DNA of 64,000 nucleotides from Candidatus Latescibacterota bacterium (GTDB taxonomy: Bacteria > Latescibacterota > UBA2968 > UBA8231). Positions 21,092 to 32,762 of the stretch are shown here, piece after piece (position 1 is the stretch's first letter; the number at the start of each line of letters is the position of its first letter). The stretch is from positions 3,488,001 through 3,552,000 of the forward strand of contig OZ241889.1 in NCBI GenBank assembly GCA_965203355.1, given 5' to 3'. A program made the position numbers and the translations under genes. The notes under the pieces were generated by a model. That model was not told the DNA's origin, did not search any database, and saw only the letters and a list, made by a program, of their open reading frames with translations.

Positions 21092-22096
21092 GTGCCTAAA
21101 GAGGGGAAAAAATTTCGGGCGACCATTACCGCCACGGCGTCCTGCCTGCCCGACAAGGTGGTCTCCAACGCCGATCTGGCGCGGTTGGTAGATACCTCGG
21201 ACGAATGGATCCGTACGCGCACTGGCATTGCCGAGCGGCGCTTTCTGCCAGCGGACGAGCCGACCTCCACCCTCGCTAGTGCTGTGGCCCAAGAGCTGTT
21301 GGCGCACCGTGGAATCGACGCGCCCGATCTCGACCTAATCATCGTCGCGACCATTACGCCCGACATGATTTTTCCGGCGACGGCCTGCTTGGTACAACAC
21401 GCCATCGGCGCCAGCGAGGTCTGGGCCTACGATCTGTCGGCGGCTTGCTCTGGCTTTGTTTTCGCCGTGGCGACCGGCGCCCAGTTTATCGAAAGCGGCG
21501 CGCATCGCCGGGTGATGGTCATTGGGGCCGACAAGATGAGCAGCATCCTCGACTTTGAAGATCGCACGACTTGTGTGCTCTTTGGCGACGGGGCGGGTGG
21601 GGTGTTGCTGGAGCGCGACGAGAGCGGTGCTGGTCTGATCGACTTTGAGCTGCACGCCGACGGGGCCGCGGTCGAATGCCTACACATCAAAGGCGGTGGT
21701 AGCCTGCATCCGCCTTCGCACGAGACGGTCGATCAGCGCATGCACTACATCCGCCAAGAAGGGCGCACGGTATTTCGGTTTGCCGTGGAAAAAATGGCCG
21801 AAGTGTCAGTCAGCCTGCTGGAGCGCAACGGTCTTACGGGCGCAGACCTCAAGCTCTTCGTGCCCCACCAAGCCAACAAGCGCATCATTGACGCGGCCGC
21901 TCAGCGCATGGACCTGCCCCCGGAAAAAGTGATGATCAACATCGACCGCTACGCCAACACCACGGCCGCGACGATTCCCATTGCTTTGGCCGAGGCCGTC
22001 GAGCAGGGCCGGTTGGAGCGCGGCGACTTGGTGCTAATGACCGGCGTCGGCGGTGGGCTCACTTGGGGTAGCGTCTTGTTCCGCTGGGGGTACTAA
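21092..22096 (+). CDS. fabH: 3-oxoacyl-ACP synthase III
   Basis: DTSDEWIRTRTGI, AACSGF, FGDGAG, PHQANKRI, NTTAA. Confidence 0.96.
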   Translation: MPKEGKKFRATITATASCLPDKVVSNADLARLVDTSDEWIRTRTGIAERRFLPADEPTSTLASAVAQELLAHRGIDAPDLDLIIVATITPDMIFPATACLVQHAIGASEVWAYDLSAACSGFVFAVATGAQFIESGAHRRVMVIGADKMSSILDFEDRTTCVLFGDGAGGVLLERDESGAGLIDFELHADGAAVECLHIKGGGSLHPPSHETVDQRMHYIRQEGRTVFRFAVEKMAEVSVSLLERNGLTGADLKLFVPHQANKRIIDAAAQRMDLPPEKVMINIDRYANTTAATIPIALAEAVEQGRLERGDLVLMTGVGGGLTWGSVLFRWGY

Positions 22097-22098
22097 GG

Positions 22099-23028
22099 AT
22101 GCGTGGGTGCGCTTTTTTGTTTCCGGGGCAAGGTTCACAGGCCGTAGGCATGGCCCGCGATCTCTACGAGCAGTACGAGTCGGTGCGGACGCGCTTTGCC
22201 GAGGCCGATCAGGTGCTGGGTTTTGCGCTCAGTGCGCTTTGCTTTGCGGGCCCGGCCGAGCCGCTAGCGCAAACCCATGTTACGCAGCCGGCGGTTTTCG
22301 TCCACAGCGTCGCCGCCAGCGAATTGCTCGCCGCGGCTGGGCTCCAGCCGGTGGCCGTAGCTGGACATAGCCTCGGGGAATACTCGGCTCTGGTGGTCGC
22401 CGGTGTGCTCTCCTTTGCCGAGGCCCTGACGCTGGTGGGGGCGCGCGGCCGATTAATGCAGGAAGCCGGCCGCCATGAGCCCGGGACGATGGCGGCGATA
22501 CTCGGTCTGGACGACGACCGCGTCGTCGCCCTGTGCCAACAGGCGGCGGATGCCGGGCGCGTCGTCGCCGCCAATTTTAACGCGCCGGGTCAAGTCGTGG
22601 TCTCGGGCGAGCGGGCTGCGGTGGCGCGGGTGAGCGAACTGGCCGCTCAAGCAGGTGCTAGGCGCGTCGTCGAATTGGCTGTCAGCGGGGCTTTTCACTC
22701 GCCGCTGATGGCGTCGGCCGCTGTGGAGATGGAGTCGCTGTTACAGGCGGTGCCCTTTGCGCGGCCTCGCGTGCCGGTGTTGACCAATGTCTCGGCGGCA
22801 CCCGTGGCAGATCCAGAAAAGTTGCGGCGGCACCTGGTCCAGCAGATGACCGCTCCGGTGCGTTGGAACGCGACCATGCGGCGGCTGGCGGCTATGGGTA
22901 TTGATCGCGCTTTTGAAGTAGGGCCGGGGGCTGTGCTAAGGGGACTGGCGCGCCGCACTGGGCCTAAACTCGCCGTCGTATTGGCCGGTACCGTGGAAGA
23001 AATCGCCGCGGCAAAAGGATTGGAATAG
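22099..23028 (+). CDS. fabD: Malonyl-CoA:ACP transacylase
   Basis: FPGQGSQ, GHSLGEY, VSGAFHS. Confidence 0.96.
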   Translation: MRGCAFLFPGQGSQAVGMARDLYEQYESVRTRFAEADQVLGFALSALCFAGPAEPLAQTHVTQPAVFVHSVAASELLAAAGLQPVAVAGHSLGEYSALVVAGVLSFAEALTLVGARGRLMQEAGRHEPGTMAAILGLDDDRVVALCQQAADAGRVVAANFNAPGQVVVSGERAAVARVSELAAQAGARRVVELAVSGAFHSPLMASAAVEMESLLQAVPFARPRVPVLTNVSAAPVADPEKLRRHLVQQMTAPVRWNATMRRLAAMGIDRAFEVGPGAVLRGLARRTGPKLAVVLAGTVEEIAAAKGLE

Positions 23029-23029
23029 A

Positions 23030-23776
23030 ATGGGACTTTTGGACGAGAAGGTCGCCTTGGTGACGGGTGGGTCGCGCGGCATTGGTCGGGCCATTGCCCT
23101 GCGCTTGGCGGAAGAAGGGGCAGACTTGGCAATCTGCGCGCGCCACGTGGCTGCGGCTGGCGAAGTGGCGGCGGCCGTAGAGGGGCTGGGCCGCCGTTGC
23201 TTGGTGCGCCAAGCCGATGTCGCCGACGCCGCGCAGGCGGCTGAGCTGGTGGCTGCGACGATGGCGGAGTTGGGCCGGTTGGATGTGCTGGTCAACAACG
23301 CCGGCGTCACCCGCGACAATTTGCTGATGCGGATGCCGGAAGCGGATTGGGACGAGGTTTTGGCGATCAATCTCAAGGGGGCCTTTAACTGCGTCCGAGC
23401 GGCGGTGCGCCCCATGCTCAAAGCCCGCAGTGGGCGGATCGTCAACATCACGTCGGTCGTGGGCTTGCTCGGCCAGGCCGGCCAAGCCAACTACGCCGCG
23501 TCCAAGGCTGGATTGATCGGCCTGACCAAGAGCTTGGCGCGGGAACTGGCCTCGCGCGGGATCACCGCCAATGCCGTGGCGCCGGGTTTGGTGCCGGAAA
23601 CGGGCATGACAGGCCGCTTGACCCAGCAGCAGCAGGAGCAGATGATTGCCACCGTGCCGCTGGGGCGAGCGGGGACGCCGGAAGACGTGGCCCACGCGGT
23701 GGCGTTTTTGGCGTCGGAGCAAGCCGCTTATATCACGGGTCAGGTCTTGTCCGTAGATGGCGGCATGGCCATGTAA
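23030..23776 (+). CDS. fabG: 3-oxoacyl-ACP reductase
   Basis: TGGSRGIG, NNAGVTRD, GQANYAASK; fab operon context. Confidence 0.96.
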   Translation: MGLLDEKVALVTGGSRGIGRAIALRLAEEGADLAICARHVAAAGEVAAAVEGLGRRCLVRQADVADAAQAAELVAATMAELGRLDVLVNNAGVTRDNLLMRMPEADWDEVLAINLKGAFNCVRAAVRPMLKARSGRIVNITSVVGLLGQAGQANYAASKAGLIGLTKSLARELASRGITANAVAPGLVPETGMTGRLTQQQQEQMIATVPLGRAGTPEDVAHAVAFLASEQAAYITGQVLSVDGGMAM

Positions 23777-23883
23777 TTTGGGTGTTAAAAATGTTGCTCA
23801 TCGCCGATTCGCCTATATTTAGACCCTGACTTGAAGGCCGCACAGCGGTAAAACATGTACTCCCATCCCAAGAGGAACAGACT

Positions 23884-24123
23884 ATGGCTTCTATTGAAGA
23901 GCGCGTGACAGATTTGGTCGTCGAGCAACTCGGCGTGAGCGAGGATCAAGTAAACCCCCAAGCGTCTTTCATCGACGACTTGGGGGCCGACTCGCTCGAT
24001 ACCATGGAGTTGATCATGGCCTTTGAAGAGGAGTTCAAGATCGACATTCCAGATGAGGACGCCGAAAAAATCGCGGTCGTAGGCGATGCGATTAAATATC
24101 TAGAAGAGAATAGCAAGGCGTGA
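23884..24123 (+). CDS. acpP: Acyl carrier protein
   Basis: DLGADSLD phosphopantetheine site. Confidence 0.97.
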   Translation: MASIEERVTDLVVEQLGVSEDQVNPQASFIDDLGADSLDTMELIMAFEEEFKIDIPDEDAEKIAVVGDAIKYLEENSKA

Positions 24124-25379
24124 GCAAAGCGCTCGTACCAAGGCGCCGAGTCGTCGTCACCGGCTTGGGGGTCCTAGCGCCCAATGGCCGTGATTTGCCG
24201 ACCTACTGGGACGCGCTGGTAGCCGGCCGGTCTGGGGTCGGTCCGATCACCAAGTTCGATACGGCCCACCACCGGACTACGATCGCGGCCGAGCTCAAAG
24301 GTTTTGCCCCGGAGGCGGTTCTGGACCGCAAGGACGTGCGCCGCAACGACGCCTTCACGCACTACGCGATCTGCGTGGCCAGGGAGGCGGCTAGCCGCGC
24401 CCGGCTCGACCTGGCAGCGGTTGATCCCGAGCGCGTGGGCGTCATTTGGGGCTCGGGCATCGGCGGGATTCAGACGCACGAAGACCAGCACACCATCCTA
24501 CTGGAGAAAGGCCCTAGGCGCGTCAGCCCGTTCTACGTGCCCATGATGATTTCCGACATGGCCCCGGGCATGATCTCTATGGATTTGGGTGCTAAAGGAC
24601 CGAACTACGGCACAGTGTCGGCCTGTTCGTCGTCGGCCCACGCCCTCGGCGAGTCGGCGCGCAAGATTCAGTACGGGGAAGCCGACGTGATGGTGACCGG
24701 CGGCTCGGAAGCAGCCATCACCCCCATTTCCATGGCCGGCTTTTCCTCGGCCAAGGCCCTATCGACGCGCAACCACGAGCCTGAGCGGGCCAGTCGGCCT
24801 TTTGACGCCGCGCGCGATGGCTTCGTGCTCGGGGAGGGGGCCGGAGCCATCATTTTGGAGGAATTGGAACACGCGCAAAGGCGCGGGGCCGAGATCTACG
24901 GCGAATTCCTCGGGCTGGGTTTTACGGCCGACGCCTATCACCAGACCGCGATGGCACCCGGAGCCGAGGGCGGGGTACGGGCCATGCGCATCGCCCTGCA
25001 GGACGGGGGCTTAGAGCCGGGCGACATCGGGTACGTCAATGCCCACGGCACCTCGACGCCCATGGGCGACCAGCAGGAGACCGCGGCGATCAAGACGGTC
25101 TTCGCCAGCCACACCGCCAGCATGGCCGTAAGCTCGACTAAGTCGATGACCGGGCATTTGTTGGGTGCGGCCGGAGCCATCGAAAGCATCGCCTGCATCA
25201 TGGCACTCAAAAGCGGGGTACTGCCGCCGACGATCAACTACGAGAACCCGGACCCGGACTGCGATCTCGACTACGTGCCCAACGAAGCGCGCCGCGTGCA
25301 GGTGAACTACGCCCTCAACAATTCTTTTGGCTTTGGCGGCCACAACGTGGCACTGGTATTCGGTCGCTTCACCGGCTGA
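24120..25379 (+). CDS. fabF: 3-oxoacyl-ACP synthase II
   Basis: [37 protein letters not shown]. Confidence 0.96.
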   Translation: MSKALVPRRRVVVTGLGVLAPNGRDLPTYWDALVAGRSGVGPITKFDTAHHRTTIAAELKGFAPEAVLDRKDVRRNDAFTHYAICVAREAASRARLDLAAVDPERVGVIWGSGIGGIQTHEDQHTILLEKGPRRVSPFYVPMMISDMAPGMISMDLGAKGPNYGTVSACSSSAHALGESARKIQYGEADVMVTGGSEAAITPISMAGFSSAKALSTRNHEPERASRPFDAARDGFVLGEGAGAIILEELEHAQRRGAEIYGEFLGLGFTADAYHQTAMAPGAEGGVRAMRIALQDGGLEPGDIGYVNAHGTSTPMGDQQETAAIKTVFASHTASMAVSSTKSMTGHLLGAAGAIESIACIMALKSGVLPPTINYENPDPDCDLDYVPNEARRVQVNYALNNSFGFGGHNVALVFGRFTG

Positions 25380-25444
25380 CGCTCTTTCCCAGCACCTCCC
25401 GTGCGCCCCGTGCAAACGAGGTTTTCAATTCGGGCCTTAGGCCG

Positions 25445-26188
25445 ATGAGCTGGATTTCAACGCTTTGGAATCGCTGCAAGCCGGCGCGCGATCGAGCCGT
25501 GCGGCACCCGCTCGAAAAGCGGTTGGGCTACCATTTCAAGGACGAGCAGCTCTTGGTCAAGGCCCTCAAGCATCGATCGTATGTGTACGTTGAAGAGGGC
25601 AAAGACCGCATTGAGTCGAACGAGCGGCTCGAATTTCTCGGCGACGCCGTGTTGGAACTGTTGGTCGCCGCCGACCTCTTTTGCCGCTTTGAAGACAAAG
25701 GCGAAGGTGAGTTGACTCAGATGAAGTCTCAGCTAGTCAACCGCAAGGTGCTGGCGCACCAAGCGGATCGTCTTGGGATAGGGGCTTTTGTGCTGCTGAG
25801 TGAGGACGAGCGCAAAGCCAACGGCGGACAGCGGCCGTCGATCCTCTGCGACACCTTGGAGTCGCTGATTGGGGCGATTTATCTCGACGGGGGTTTAGCG
25901 GCCGCCCGCGCTTGTGTTCGGCGGGCGGTGCTGGCGGATTTTGACCGAATAGTCCAACCGGACGCTAAATTCAATTTCAAGGGCAGGTTGCTCGAATACT
26001 CGCAGAGCAAGGGTAAAGGCCACCCCCGCTACGCGTTGCGGGTTGAGGATGGGCCAGACCACGACAAGATCTTCAGCGTCGCCGTGTACATCACTGGCCA
26101 GCCCATGGGTTCGGGCCGAGGGCCGAGCAAGAAGGAGGCGCAACAGATGGCGGCCAAGGACGCTCTTGAGCGTTTGGATGTGCTCTGA
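25445..26188 (+). CDS. rnc: Ribonuclease III
   Basis: NERLEFLGDAVL signature plus C-terminal dsRBD. Confidence 0.96.
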   Translation: MSWISTLWNRCKPARDRAVRHPLEKRLGYHFKDEQLLVKALKHRSYVYVEEGKDRIESNERLEFLGDAVLELLVAADLFCRFEDKGEGELTQMKSQLVNRKVLAHQADRLGIGAFVLLSEDERKANGGQRPSILCDTLESLIGAIYLDGGLAAARACVRRAVLADFDRIVQPDAKFNFKGRLLEYSQSKGKGHPRYALRVEDGPDHDKIFSVAVYITGQPMGSGRGPSKKEAQQMAAKDALERLDVL

Positions 26189-26967
26189 TGGGCCTTGCTT
26201 GGCGCGTCGTCGATACGGGTGCGAACTGTGGCGCGTACAACATGGGCGTCGATCAAGCACTCGCCGCGGACGCGGCACCCGGTCCGGTCCTGCGGTTTTA
26301 CGGCTGGGACCCGCCGGCGGTCTCCTGCGGCTGGAACCAGCAGCCCGAGCGCGAGGCCAATGTCGAAGCCTGTCGTGCGCTGGGCATTGACGTGGTGCGC
26401 CGGCCCACTGGTGGCCGGGCGGTGCTACACTGGGAGGAATTGACCTACAGCGTCGTTTGTGTCGCCGAGGTATTGGTCGCCGGCGGCGGGATAGAGGCCA
26501 CGCACCGCAAGATCGGCGTGTGCTTGGCCGAAGGGCTGCGGCTTTTCGGGGCCCCGGTCGAGTTGGAAAAAGCAAGTCGTTGCGTGGGCGGTTTGCGGTC
26601 CGGGCCTTGTTTTGGTAGTACGGCGCGCTGGGAACTCACGTGCCAGCAGCGCAAGATGGTCGGCAGTGCGCAGCGGCGCTACGGACGCCGCTTGCTGCAA
26701 CACGGGTCCATTTTGCTTGGCCGGGCCCACCAACGCCTGCCGCAACTGCTGCGCCTTGACGAGGACGTGCGGCAAAAATGGACCCGGCGAGTGCGCGCCC
26801 ACAGCACGGATTTGCAGGCCTGCATGGGGCGGCCCATCGACCGGGCCGAGTTGGTCGATTGCTTGGTTGAGGGCTTCAGGCGTCAGCTCGGCGCCAAGAT
26901 GCGCTGGGGTGTGCTGGCCGCCGACGAGAGGCGCCGGGCTACGGCTTGGGAAAGGGACCGCGCATGA
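26188..26967 (+). CDS. Lipoate-protein ligase/octanoyltransferase (LplA/LipM family)
   Basis: [31 protein letters not shown]. Confidence 0.9.
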   Translation: MGLAWRVVDTGANCGAYNMGVDQALAADAAPGPVLRFYGWDPPAVSCGWNQQPEREANVEACRALGIDVVRRPTGGRAVLHWEELTYSVVCVAEVLVAGGGIEATHRKIGVCLAEGLRLFGAPVELEKASRCVGGLRSGPCFGSTARWELTCQQRKMVGSAQRRYGRRLLQHGSILLGRAHQRLPQLLRLDEDVRQKWTRRVRAHSTDLQACMGRPIDRAELVDCLVEGFRRQLGAKMRWGVLAADERRRATAWERDRA

Positions 26968-27944
26968 TCGCGCCGGATCCCGTGTTAGAAGTCCGCGACT
27001 TGCGGACTTATTTTCATACGGAAGAGGGCGTCGCCCGCGCCGTTGATGGGGTGTCGTTTGCCGTGGGGCGGGGCCAGACGCTGGGGCTGGTCGGCGAAAG
27101 CGGCTGCGGCAAGAGCGTCAGTGCCTTCTCGATCATGCGCTTGGTGCCCGATCCACCGGGCCGGATTGAGGCCGGACGGATTCTGCTCAAGGGGCGCGAT
27201 TTGCTTGCGCTGGACGAGGAGGAGATGCGCCAAGTGCGCGGCGACGATATCGCGATGATTTTTCAAGAGCCGATGACCAGCCTCAACCCGGTGCTGACCT
27301 GCGGGTTTCAGATTGCCGAGGCTGTGGTTTTACACCAGCAGGTCCCCATGCAGGAAGCGCGCGCCCGGGCGATCGAGATGCTGCGACTGGTGGGGATTCC
27401 AGCGCCCGAACAGCGGATCGACGAATATCCGCACCAGCTATCGGGTGGGATGCGCCAGCGGGTGATGATCGCCATGGCGCTGTCTTGCAATCCAGATGTG
27501 TTGATTGCCGATGAGCCGACCACGGCGCTCGACGTGACCATCCAAGCGCAGATCCTCGCGCTGTTGGAGTCGCTGCAAGCATCCTTGCAAATGGCGATTG
27601 TGATGATCACGCACGACCTCGGGGTGATCGCCGAGACCGCCGACCAAGTGGCGGTCATGTACGCCGGGCAAATCGTCGAATACGCGGAAACGCAGGCGCT
27701 ATTTACCCACCCGAGACATCCTTATACGCGCGGCTTGCTGCGCTCGATCCCGCGGCTGGACGCCGACCAGGAGCGATTGGACATCATCCCGGGCGTGGTG
27801 CCCGACGCCCGCGTTTTTCCACCGGGGTGTCGCTTTGCCCCGCGCTGCCCGCTGGCCGACGCCCGCTGTCGGGCCGAAGTGCCGCCGTTGGAGGAGATCG
27901 AGGCCGGGCACTGGGCGAGTTGTTGGAAGGCGGAGGACGCATGA
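26964..27944 (+). CDS. oppD: Oligopeptide/dipeptide ABC transporter ATPase (OppD-like)
   Basis: [25 protein letters not shown]. Confidence 0.88.
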   Translation: MIAPDPVLEVRDLRTYFHTEEGVARAVDGVSFAVGRGQTLGLVGESGCGKSVSAFSIMRLVPDPPGRIEAGRILLKGRDLLALDEEEMRQVRGDDIAMIFQEPMTSLNPVLTCGFQIAEAVVLHQQVPMQEARARAIEMLRLVGIPAPEQRIDEYPHQLSGGMRQRVMIAMALSCNPDVLIADEPTTALDVTIQAQILALLESLQASLQMAIVMITHDLGVIAETADQVAVMYAGQIVEYAETQALFTHPRHPYTRGLLRSIPRLDADQERLDIIPGVVPDARVFPPGCRFAPRCPLADARCRAEVPPLEEIEAGHWASCWKAEDA

Positions 27945-28972
27945 GCCAAGCTGCGCCCTTGGTCGAGGTTAAGGGCCTTAAAAAATACTTTCCCGTGCGC
28001 CAGGGGTTTTGGGGCCGGGTGCAGGCCCACGTCAAGGCGGTCGATGGGGTCGATCTGGCGATTGGACGCGGCGAGACCTTGGGCGTAGTCGGCGAGAGCG
28101 GCTGCGGCAAGACCACGCTGGGCCGGCTCATGCTGCGGCTGATCGAAGCTACGGCCGGACAGGTGCGCTTTGCCGGGGTTGACCTTTTGGAGTTGAGCAA
28201 AGAGGCCATGCGGCAACAGCGGCGGGACATGCAGATCATCTTCCAAGACCCGTATGCGTCGCTCAATCCGCGGATGACGGTGGGCGGCATCATCGGCGAG
28301 GCCCTGAAGATCCACGGCCTGGCCGTCCGCGCCGAATTGCCCGAGCGGGTGGGGGCGTTGCTGGAGATGGTCGGGTTGCCGGCGGCCAGTGCGCGGCGCT
28401 ACCCGCACGAGTTTTCCGGTGGCCAGCGCCAGCGCATTGGCATTGCCCGCGCCTTGGCGGTACGGCCGCAGTTTATTGTCGCCGACGAGCCCGTGTCCGC
28501 ACTGGACGTTTCCGTGCAGGCCCAGATCATCAATTTGCTACAAGACCTACAGCGCGACTTGGGCTTAACGTATATGTTTATTGCCCACGACCTGAGCGTG
28601 GTGCGCCACATTTCGGACCGGGTAGCCGTGATGTACTTGGGGCGCGTAGTCGAGGTGGCGGCGCGCGATCAGCTCTACCGCCAGCCGTCTCATCCCTATA
28701 CGTGCGCGCTGCTGGCGGCCGTGCCGGCGCCCGATCCGCGGACGAAGCGGCCGCGCGCCCTCTTGGAAGGCGACGCGCCCAATCCGGCGGCCGTGCCCTC
28801 GGGATGCGCCTTTCACCCGCGCTGTCCAGAGCGCGAGGCAATCTGCACCCGCGTCGTGCCACAACTCGTCGATCTGGGCGGCGGGCATTGCACGGCCTGT
28901 TTGCTTCGCTATCCGGCGGAGCTGAAAAACCGATTGGCTGCTGAGGCCAACGAAAAAAACGCAAGACCGTAG
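27941..28972 (+). CDS. oppF: Oligopeptide/dipeptide ABC transporter ATPase (OppF-like)
   Basis: [24 protein letters not shown]; ATGA overlap with oppD. Confidence 0.88.
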   Translation: MSQAAPLVEVKGLKKYFPVRQGFWGRVQAHVKAVDGVDLAIGRGETLGVVGESGCGKTTLGRLMLRLIEATAGQVRFAGVDLLELSKEAMRQQRRDMQIIFQDPYASLNPRMTVGGIIGEALKIHGLAVRAELPERVGALLEMVGLPAASARRYPHEFSGGQRQRIGIARALAVRPQFIVADEPVSALDVSVQAQIINLLQDLQRDLGLTYMFIAHDLSVVRHISDRVAVMYLGRVVEVAARDQLYRQPSHPYTCALLAAVPAPDPRTKRPRALLEGDAPNPAAVPSGCAFHPRCPEREAICTRVVPQLVDLGGGHCTACLLRYPAELKNRLAAEANEKNARP

Positions 28973-28986
28973 GAGTACGATAGCTT

Positions 28987-30810
28987 ATGATGACTTTGTT
29001 GCGCCAAAAGACAGTGCTCGTTTTGTGGTTTGTGATCTTCGCCTTCATCGGCTTGATCGTCGTCGAATGGGGAGCCGACTACTCGGGCCCGGGCACCAAC
29101 GCCGCTGGCGATGCAGTCGGCGTGGTAAATGGCAAGACCATTTCGCTCCAAGAGTTCCAAGACGCGCTGCGGCGGGTAGCGAGCCAGCTGCCGCAGGAGC
29201 AGCGCGCTGATCAGGCCCTGCTCGTGCAGCAGGTGTGGGACTACTACGTCCGCGAGATCATTGTGAATCAAGAATACGAGCGCTTGGGATTCGAGGTGAC
29301 CGATGGGGAAATTGCTTTTTACACGCGGAACAAGCCGCCGCCGCTCGTGTACGAATTCGAGGCTTTTCAAACCGATGGCGCGTTCGACATGGACAAGTAC
29401 GCCCAATTCATCGGCAATCCGGCCCATCTCAGCGACCCCAACAACCAAGCCTTAGTCCTGTGGATCGAGAGCGCGATCGAGCGGCAATTGCTCGAGTACC
29501 GGCTCCAGCGGCTGCTGCGAGGCACGGCGCAGGTGAGTCCGAATGAGGCGCACCAGCACTTTGCCGAGGCCAACGAAAAGGTGCGCATTGAATACGCATT
29601 TGCCGCCAGCGATACAGCGGCCGACGCGAGCGAGGTCTCGGCTGAAGATTTGGCCGCCTATTACCAAGAAAACGCGACCGACTACGAGCATCCCGATCAG
29701 GTAAAGCTGGAGTACGCGCACTTTCCCAAGGTGGCCAGCGCTGCGGATTCACTGGAAATCAAAAAGGAGATTGACCGCCTGCGCCAAGAAATTGCGGAAG
29801 GCGCGGATTTTGCCGAGTTGGCTGCGATAGTCTCGGACGACGAAGGCTCTGCTGCCCAAGGTGGCGACTTGGGGTTTTTTGGCCGCGGTCGGATGGTCGC
29901 GCCCTTTGAGGAAGCGGCTTTCGCCTTGGCCCCCGGCGAACTTTCCGCGCCGGTGCAGACGCGCTATGGCTGGCATCTGATCAAGGCGGAAGAACGCTTG
30001 GAGAAAGAAGGCGGCGAGGAGCAGGTCCACGCCCGCCACATCCTGCTCAGGTACCAGCCCTCGCGCACGACCGAGGATAGTTTGCGCCGCGCGGTTGAGG
30101 CGTTTCAAGAGCAAGCCGCCGCCGAGGGATTTGCGGCCGCGCGCGCGGCTTCTGGCACGGAGGCGACGCCCACGAATTTCCTGCGCCAGGGCCAAGCCGT
30201 GCCGGGCGTCAGCGCGAACACCACCTGGCTCGTCAACTGGTTTTTCGAGCAGGAGCCTGGTGCCGTCAGTCAGGTCATTGAAGACGACTCAGGGTTGTGG
30301 GTGGCGCAGCTGGTGGCCAAGCGTCCCGAGGGCACCATACCGCTAGCCGAGCTAAAGGACCAGCTTGAGCCGGTGGTGCGTGCGCACAAGCAGGCCGCGC
30401 GCGCCGCCGCTCGGCTGGAAAGCGTGCGGCAAGAAGTCGAAGGCGGGGTCACCTTGGCTCAAGCGGCGCAAAATGCCGGGGTGGAGTTCCACGCGCCCGA
30501 GGCTTTTATGCGCGCCGAATTCGTGGAAGGTCTAGGCCGCGCTAACGCCGTGATCGGCGCGGCCTTTCGCCTAGCCGAGGGCCAGCTCAGCGCAGTGATC
30601 GAGGTCGCCGAGGGTCGCCAGCGCGGGGCGTATTTGCTGAAGCTGCTGGAGAAGACGCCGGTAGATGAGGAGCAATTCGCCGCGCAGCGCGAGCAGATCG
30701 TCGCCCAGCTTCAAGCCCAACGCGAGCAGGAGGCTGTGCAGAACTGGCTCGCGCACCTGTACGAAACAGCCGAGATCGAAGACAACAGACATCGCTTTTT
30801 CACGTTTTAG
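28987..30810 (+). CDS. ppiD: PpiD/SurA-like membrane-anchored parvulin peptidyl-prolyl isomerase
   Basis: N-terminal TM, SurA_N domain, GGDLGFF.RG.MV..FE...YGWHLI rotamase motif. Confidence 0.85.
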   Translation: MMTLLRQKTVLVLWFVIFAFIGLIVVEWGADYSGPGTNAAGDAVGVVNGKTISLQEFQDALRRVASQLPQEQRADQALLVQQVWDYYVREIIVNQEYERLGFEVTDGEIAFYTRNKPPPLVYEFEAFQTDGAFDMDKYAQFIGNPAHLSDPNNQALVLWIESAIERQLLEYRLQRLLRGTAQVSPNEAHQHFAEANEKVRIEYAFAASDTAADASEVSAEDLAAYYQENATDYEHPDQVKLEYAHFPKVASAADSLEIKKEIDRLRQEIAEGADFAELAAIVSDDEGSAAQGGDLGFFGRGRMVAPFEEAAFALAPGELSAPVQTRYGWHLIKAEERLEKEGGEEQVHARHILLRYQPSRTTEDSLRRAVEAFQEQAAAEGFAAARAASGTEATPTNFLRQGQAVPGVSANTTWLVNWFFEQEPGAVSQVIEDDSGLWVAQLVAKRPEGTIPLAELKDQLEPVVRAHKQAARAAARLESVRQEVEGGVTLAQAAQNAGVEFHAPEAFMRAEFVEGLGRANAVIGAAFRLAEGQLSAVIEVAEGRQRGAYLLKLLEKTPVDEEQFAAQREQIVAQLQAQREQEAVQNWLAHLYETAEIEDNRHRFFTF

Positions 30811-30823
30811 AGGGGAGAGAATC

Positions 30824-31735
30824 ATGCCAGCCGCACCGGGACAAACGCAAATCGGCTTTATCGGCTTGGGGATCATGGGTGCGCCCATGGCAAAAAACCT
30901 GCTCAAAGCCGGTTATCAACTCAAGGTGTACAACCGCAGCGACCGGCCGCGCGTCGACGAGGTCGTCGCCGCTGGGGGCGTGCGCGTTGGCTCGCCCCAA
31001 GAGGCGGCGACCGGTGCCGATGTCATCATCAGCATCGTCACCGACACGCCCGACATGGAGGCCGTGCTGGTGGGCGAGGAGGGCGCGATTGGCGGAGCTA
31101 AAGAGGGCGCGGTCGTCATCGACATGAGCACGGTGTCGCCCAAAGTCACCCGCGCCGTGGCCGCGGCCTTGCAGGAGCGGGGCGTGGCCATGCTCGACGC
31201 GCCCGTCAGCGGCGGTGATGTGGGCGCGATCAACGGCACCTTGTCGATCATGGTCGGTGGCGACGAAGCGGTCTTTAACGAGTGCCTGCCGGTCTTTGAG
31301 GCTATGGGCACCAATATCAACTTGATCGGCCCCAACGGCGCGGGCCAAACCACCAAGCTCTGCAACCAGATCGCGGTTTCGGTCAACAACATGGCGATGG
31401 CCGAGGCCCTGATGCTGGCGGCGGCCTCGGACTTGGACGTGCAAAAGGTCATCGACGCCATCAGCGGCGGAGCGGCTGGCTCTTGGCAGCTCAGCAACTT
31501 AGGCCCGCGCATTGCCGCTGGCGATTTTGCCCCGGGCTTTATGGTCTATTTGCAGCAAAAGGATTTGCGCTTGGTCTTGCAGGCGGCCAACGATATAAAG
31601 CTGGCTCTGCCGGCCGTGAGCATCGCCCACCAGTTTTTCAACATTGTCGAGCGCGCCGGCTGCGCCGAAGAGGGGACTCAGGCGTTGATCAAAGCCTATG
31701 AGGCCCAGGCTAGCCGACAAGCGCGGGCCCAGTAG
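30824..31735 (+). CDS. 2-hydroxy-3-oxopropionate reductase / beta-hydroxyacid dehydrogenase
   Basis: GFIGLGIMG, DAPVSGG, KLCNQ, KD. Confidence 0.9.
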   Translation: MPAAPGQTQIGFIGLGIMGAPMAKNLLKAGYQLKVYNRSDRPRVDEVVAAGGVRVGSPQEAATGADVIISIVTDTPDMEAVLVGEEGAIGGAKEGAVVIDMSTVSPKVTRAVAAALQERGVAMLDAPVSGGDVGAINGTLSIMVGGDEAVFNECLPVFEAMGTNINLIGPNGAGQTTKLCNQIAVSVNNMAMAEALMLAAASDLDVQKVIDAISGGAAGSWQLSNLGPRIAAGDFAPGFMVYLQQKDLRLVLQAANDIKLALPAVSIAHQFFNIVERAGCAEEGTQALIKAYEAQASRQARAQ

Positions 31736-31744
31736 CTAGCGGCG

Positions 31745-32536
31745 GTGCAACTCGAACTGAAAAAGGTCGGGGTCCTGCTGCGCGACCAAGATTTAGACTA
31801 TCCGGTCGCCGAGGTCCGCGGCCTTTTTGCTCGGCATGGGATTGAAGTGTGCTTTATTGAAGGGGACGCGGCGCCGCCCGATTTGGATCTCATCGTCGCA
31901 CTGGGGGGCGACGGCACGGTGCTCCGTGCTTTTGCGCGTTTCCCGCAGCGGCCGGTGCTGGCGATCAATTTCGGCACTGTCGGCTTTCTGACCGCTGGCG
32001 ACCGCAAGGATTTGGCACGCATCGTCCGGCTCTTGGTCGATGGCCAGTACTTCGTCAGCGCGCGCTTGGTGCTCTCTTGCCGCCATCCCTACGGCGAGAG
32101 TCTGGCTTTCAACGAGGTGACCTTGCGGGCGCACCACAAGATGCTCTCTACCGATGTCTTTGTCGACGATGCCAAAATCCGCACCATTCGCGGCGACGGC
32201 GTGGTCGTTGGTACGCCGACGGGCAGCACCGGGCTGTTGCTGTCGATGGGGGCGCCGCTGGTCATGCCGGAAGTGCGCTGCATGTTGCTCGACGGCATCA
32301 ACGAATACAACTTCACATCGCGGACGTTGATCCTGCCGGCTGAGAAACGGGTGCGACTGCGCGTCAGTCCCGAGACTTTGGACGGCCACGTGGTGCTCAT
32401 TGCCGATGGCCGCGAGCTATGCAGTTTAGCGCCCGAGCAAGAGGTGTACGTCGGTCAAGCGGAACACACGGCGCGGCTGATTTATCTCGACGATAAGTAC
32501 TTTTTTCACAACTTGTCGGAGAAGCTGTCTTGGTAG
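31745..32536 (+). CDS. nadK: NAD(+) kinase
   Basis: LGGDGT, GTVGFL, FNE, GDGVVVGTPTGST. Confidence 0.88.
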   Translation: MQLELKKVGVLLRDQDLDYPVAEVRGLFARHGIEVCFIEGDAAPPDLDLIVALGGDGTVLRAFARFPQRPVLAINFGTVGFLTAGDRKDLARIVRLLVDGQYFVSARLVLSCRHPYGESLAFNEVTLRAHHKMLSTDVFVDDAKIRTIRGDGVVVGTPTGSTGLLLSMGAPLVMPEVRCMLLDGINEYNFTSRTLILPAEKRVRLRVSPETLDGHVVLIADGRELCSLAPEQEVYVGQAEHTARLIYLDDKYFFHNLSEKLSW

Positions 32537-32762
32537 AATTGTATTTTGCGTGTACTCTGAATATGCTGAGACAGGCTGGACTCAAAAATGACCTTTACTC
32601 CCGCAGATTTCTGCATTGGTGAGAGTGGCATTTGGTTTTATTCCCTTATGTGGGAAAATGGCAAAGAAGAAGAGCCTGTTGCTTTTTTGGACGATAGAAA
32701 TGTCACTGAGACCGTGTCGCGATGCTGAACAACACGATGACTTTCCCGACAAAGGAGACACT

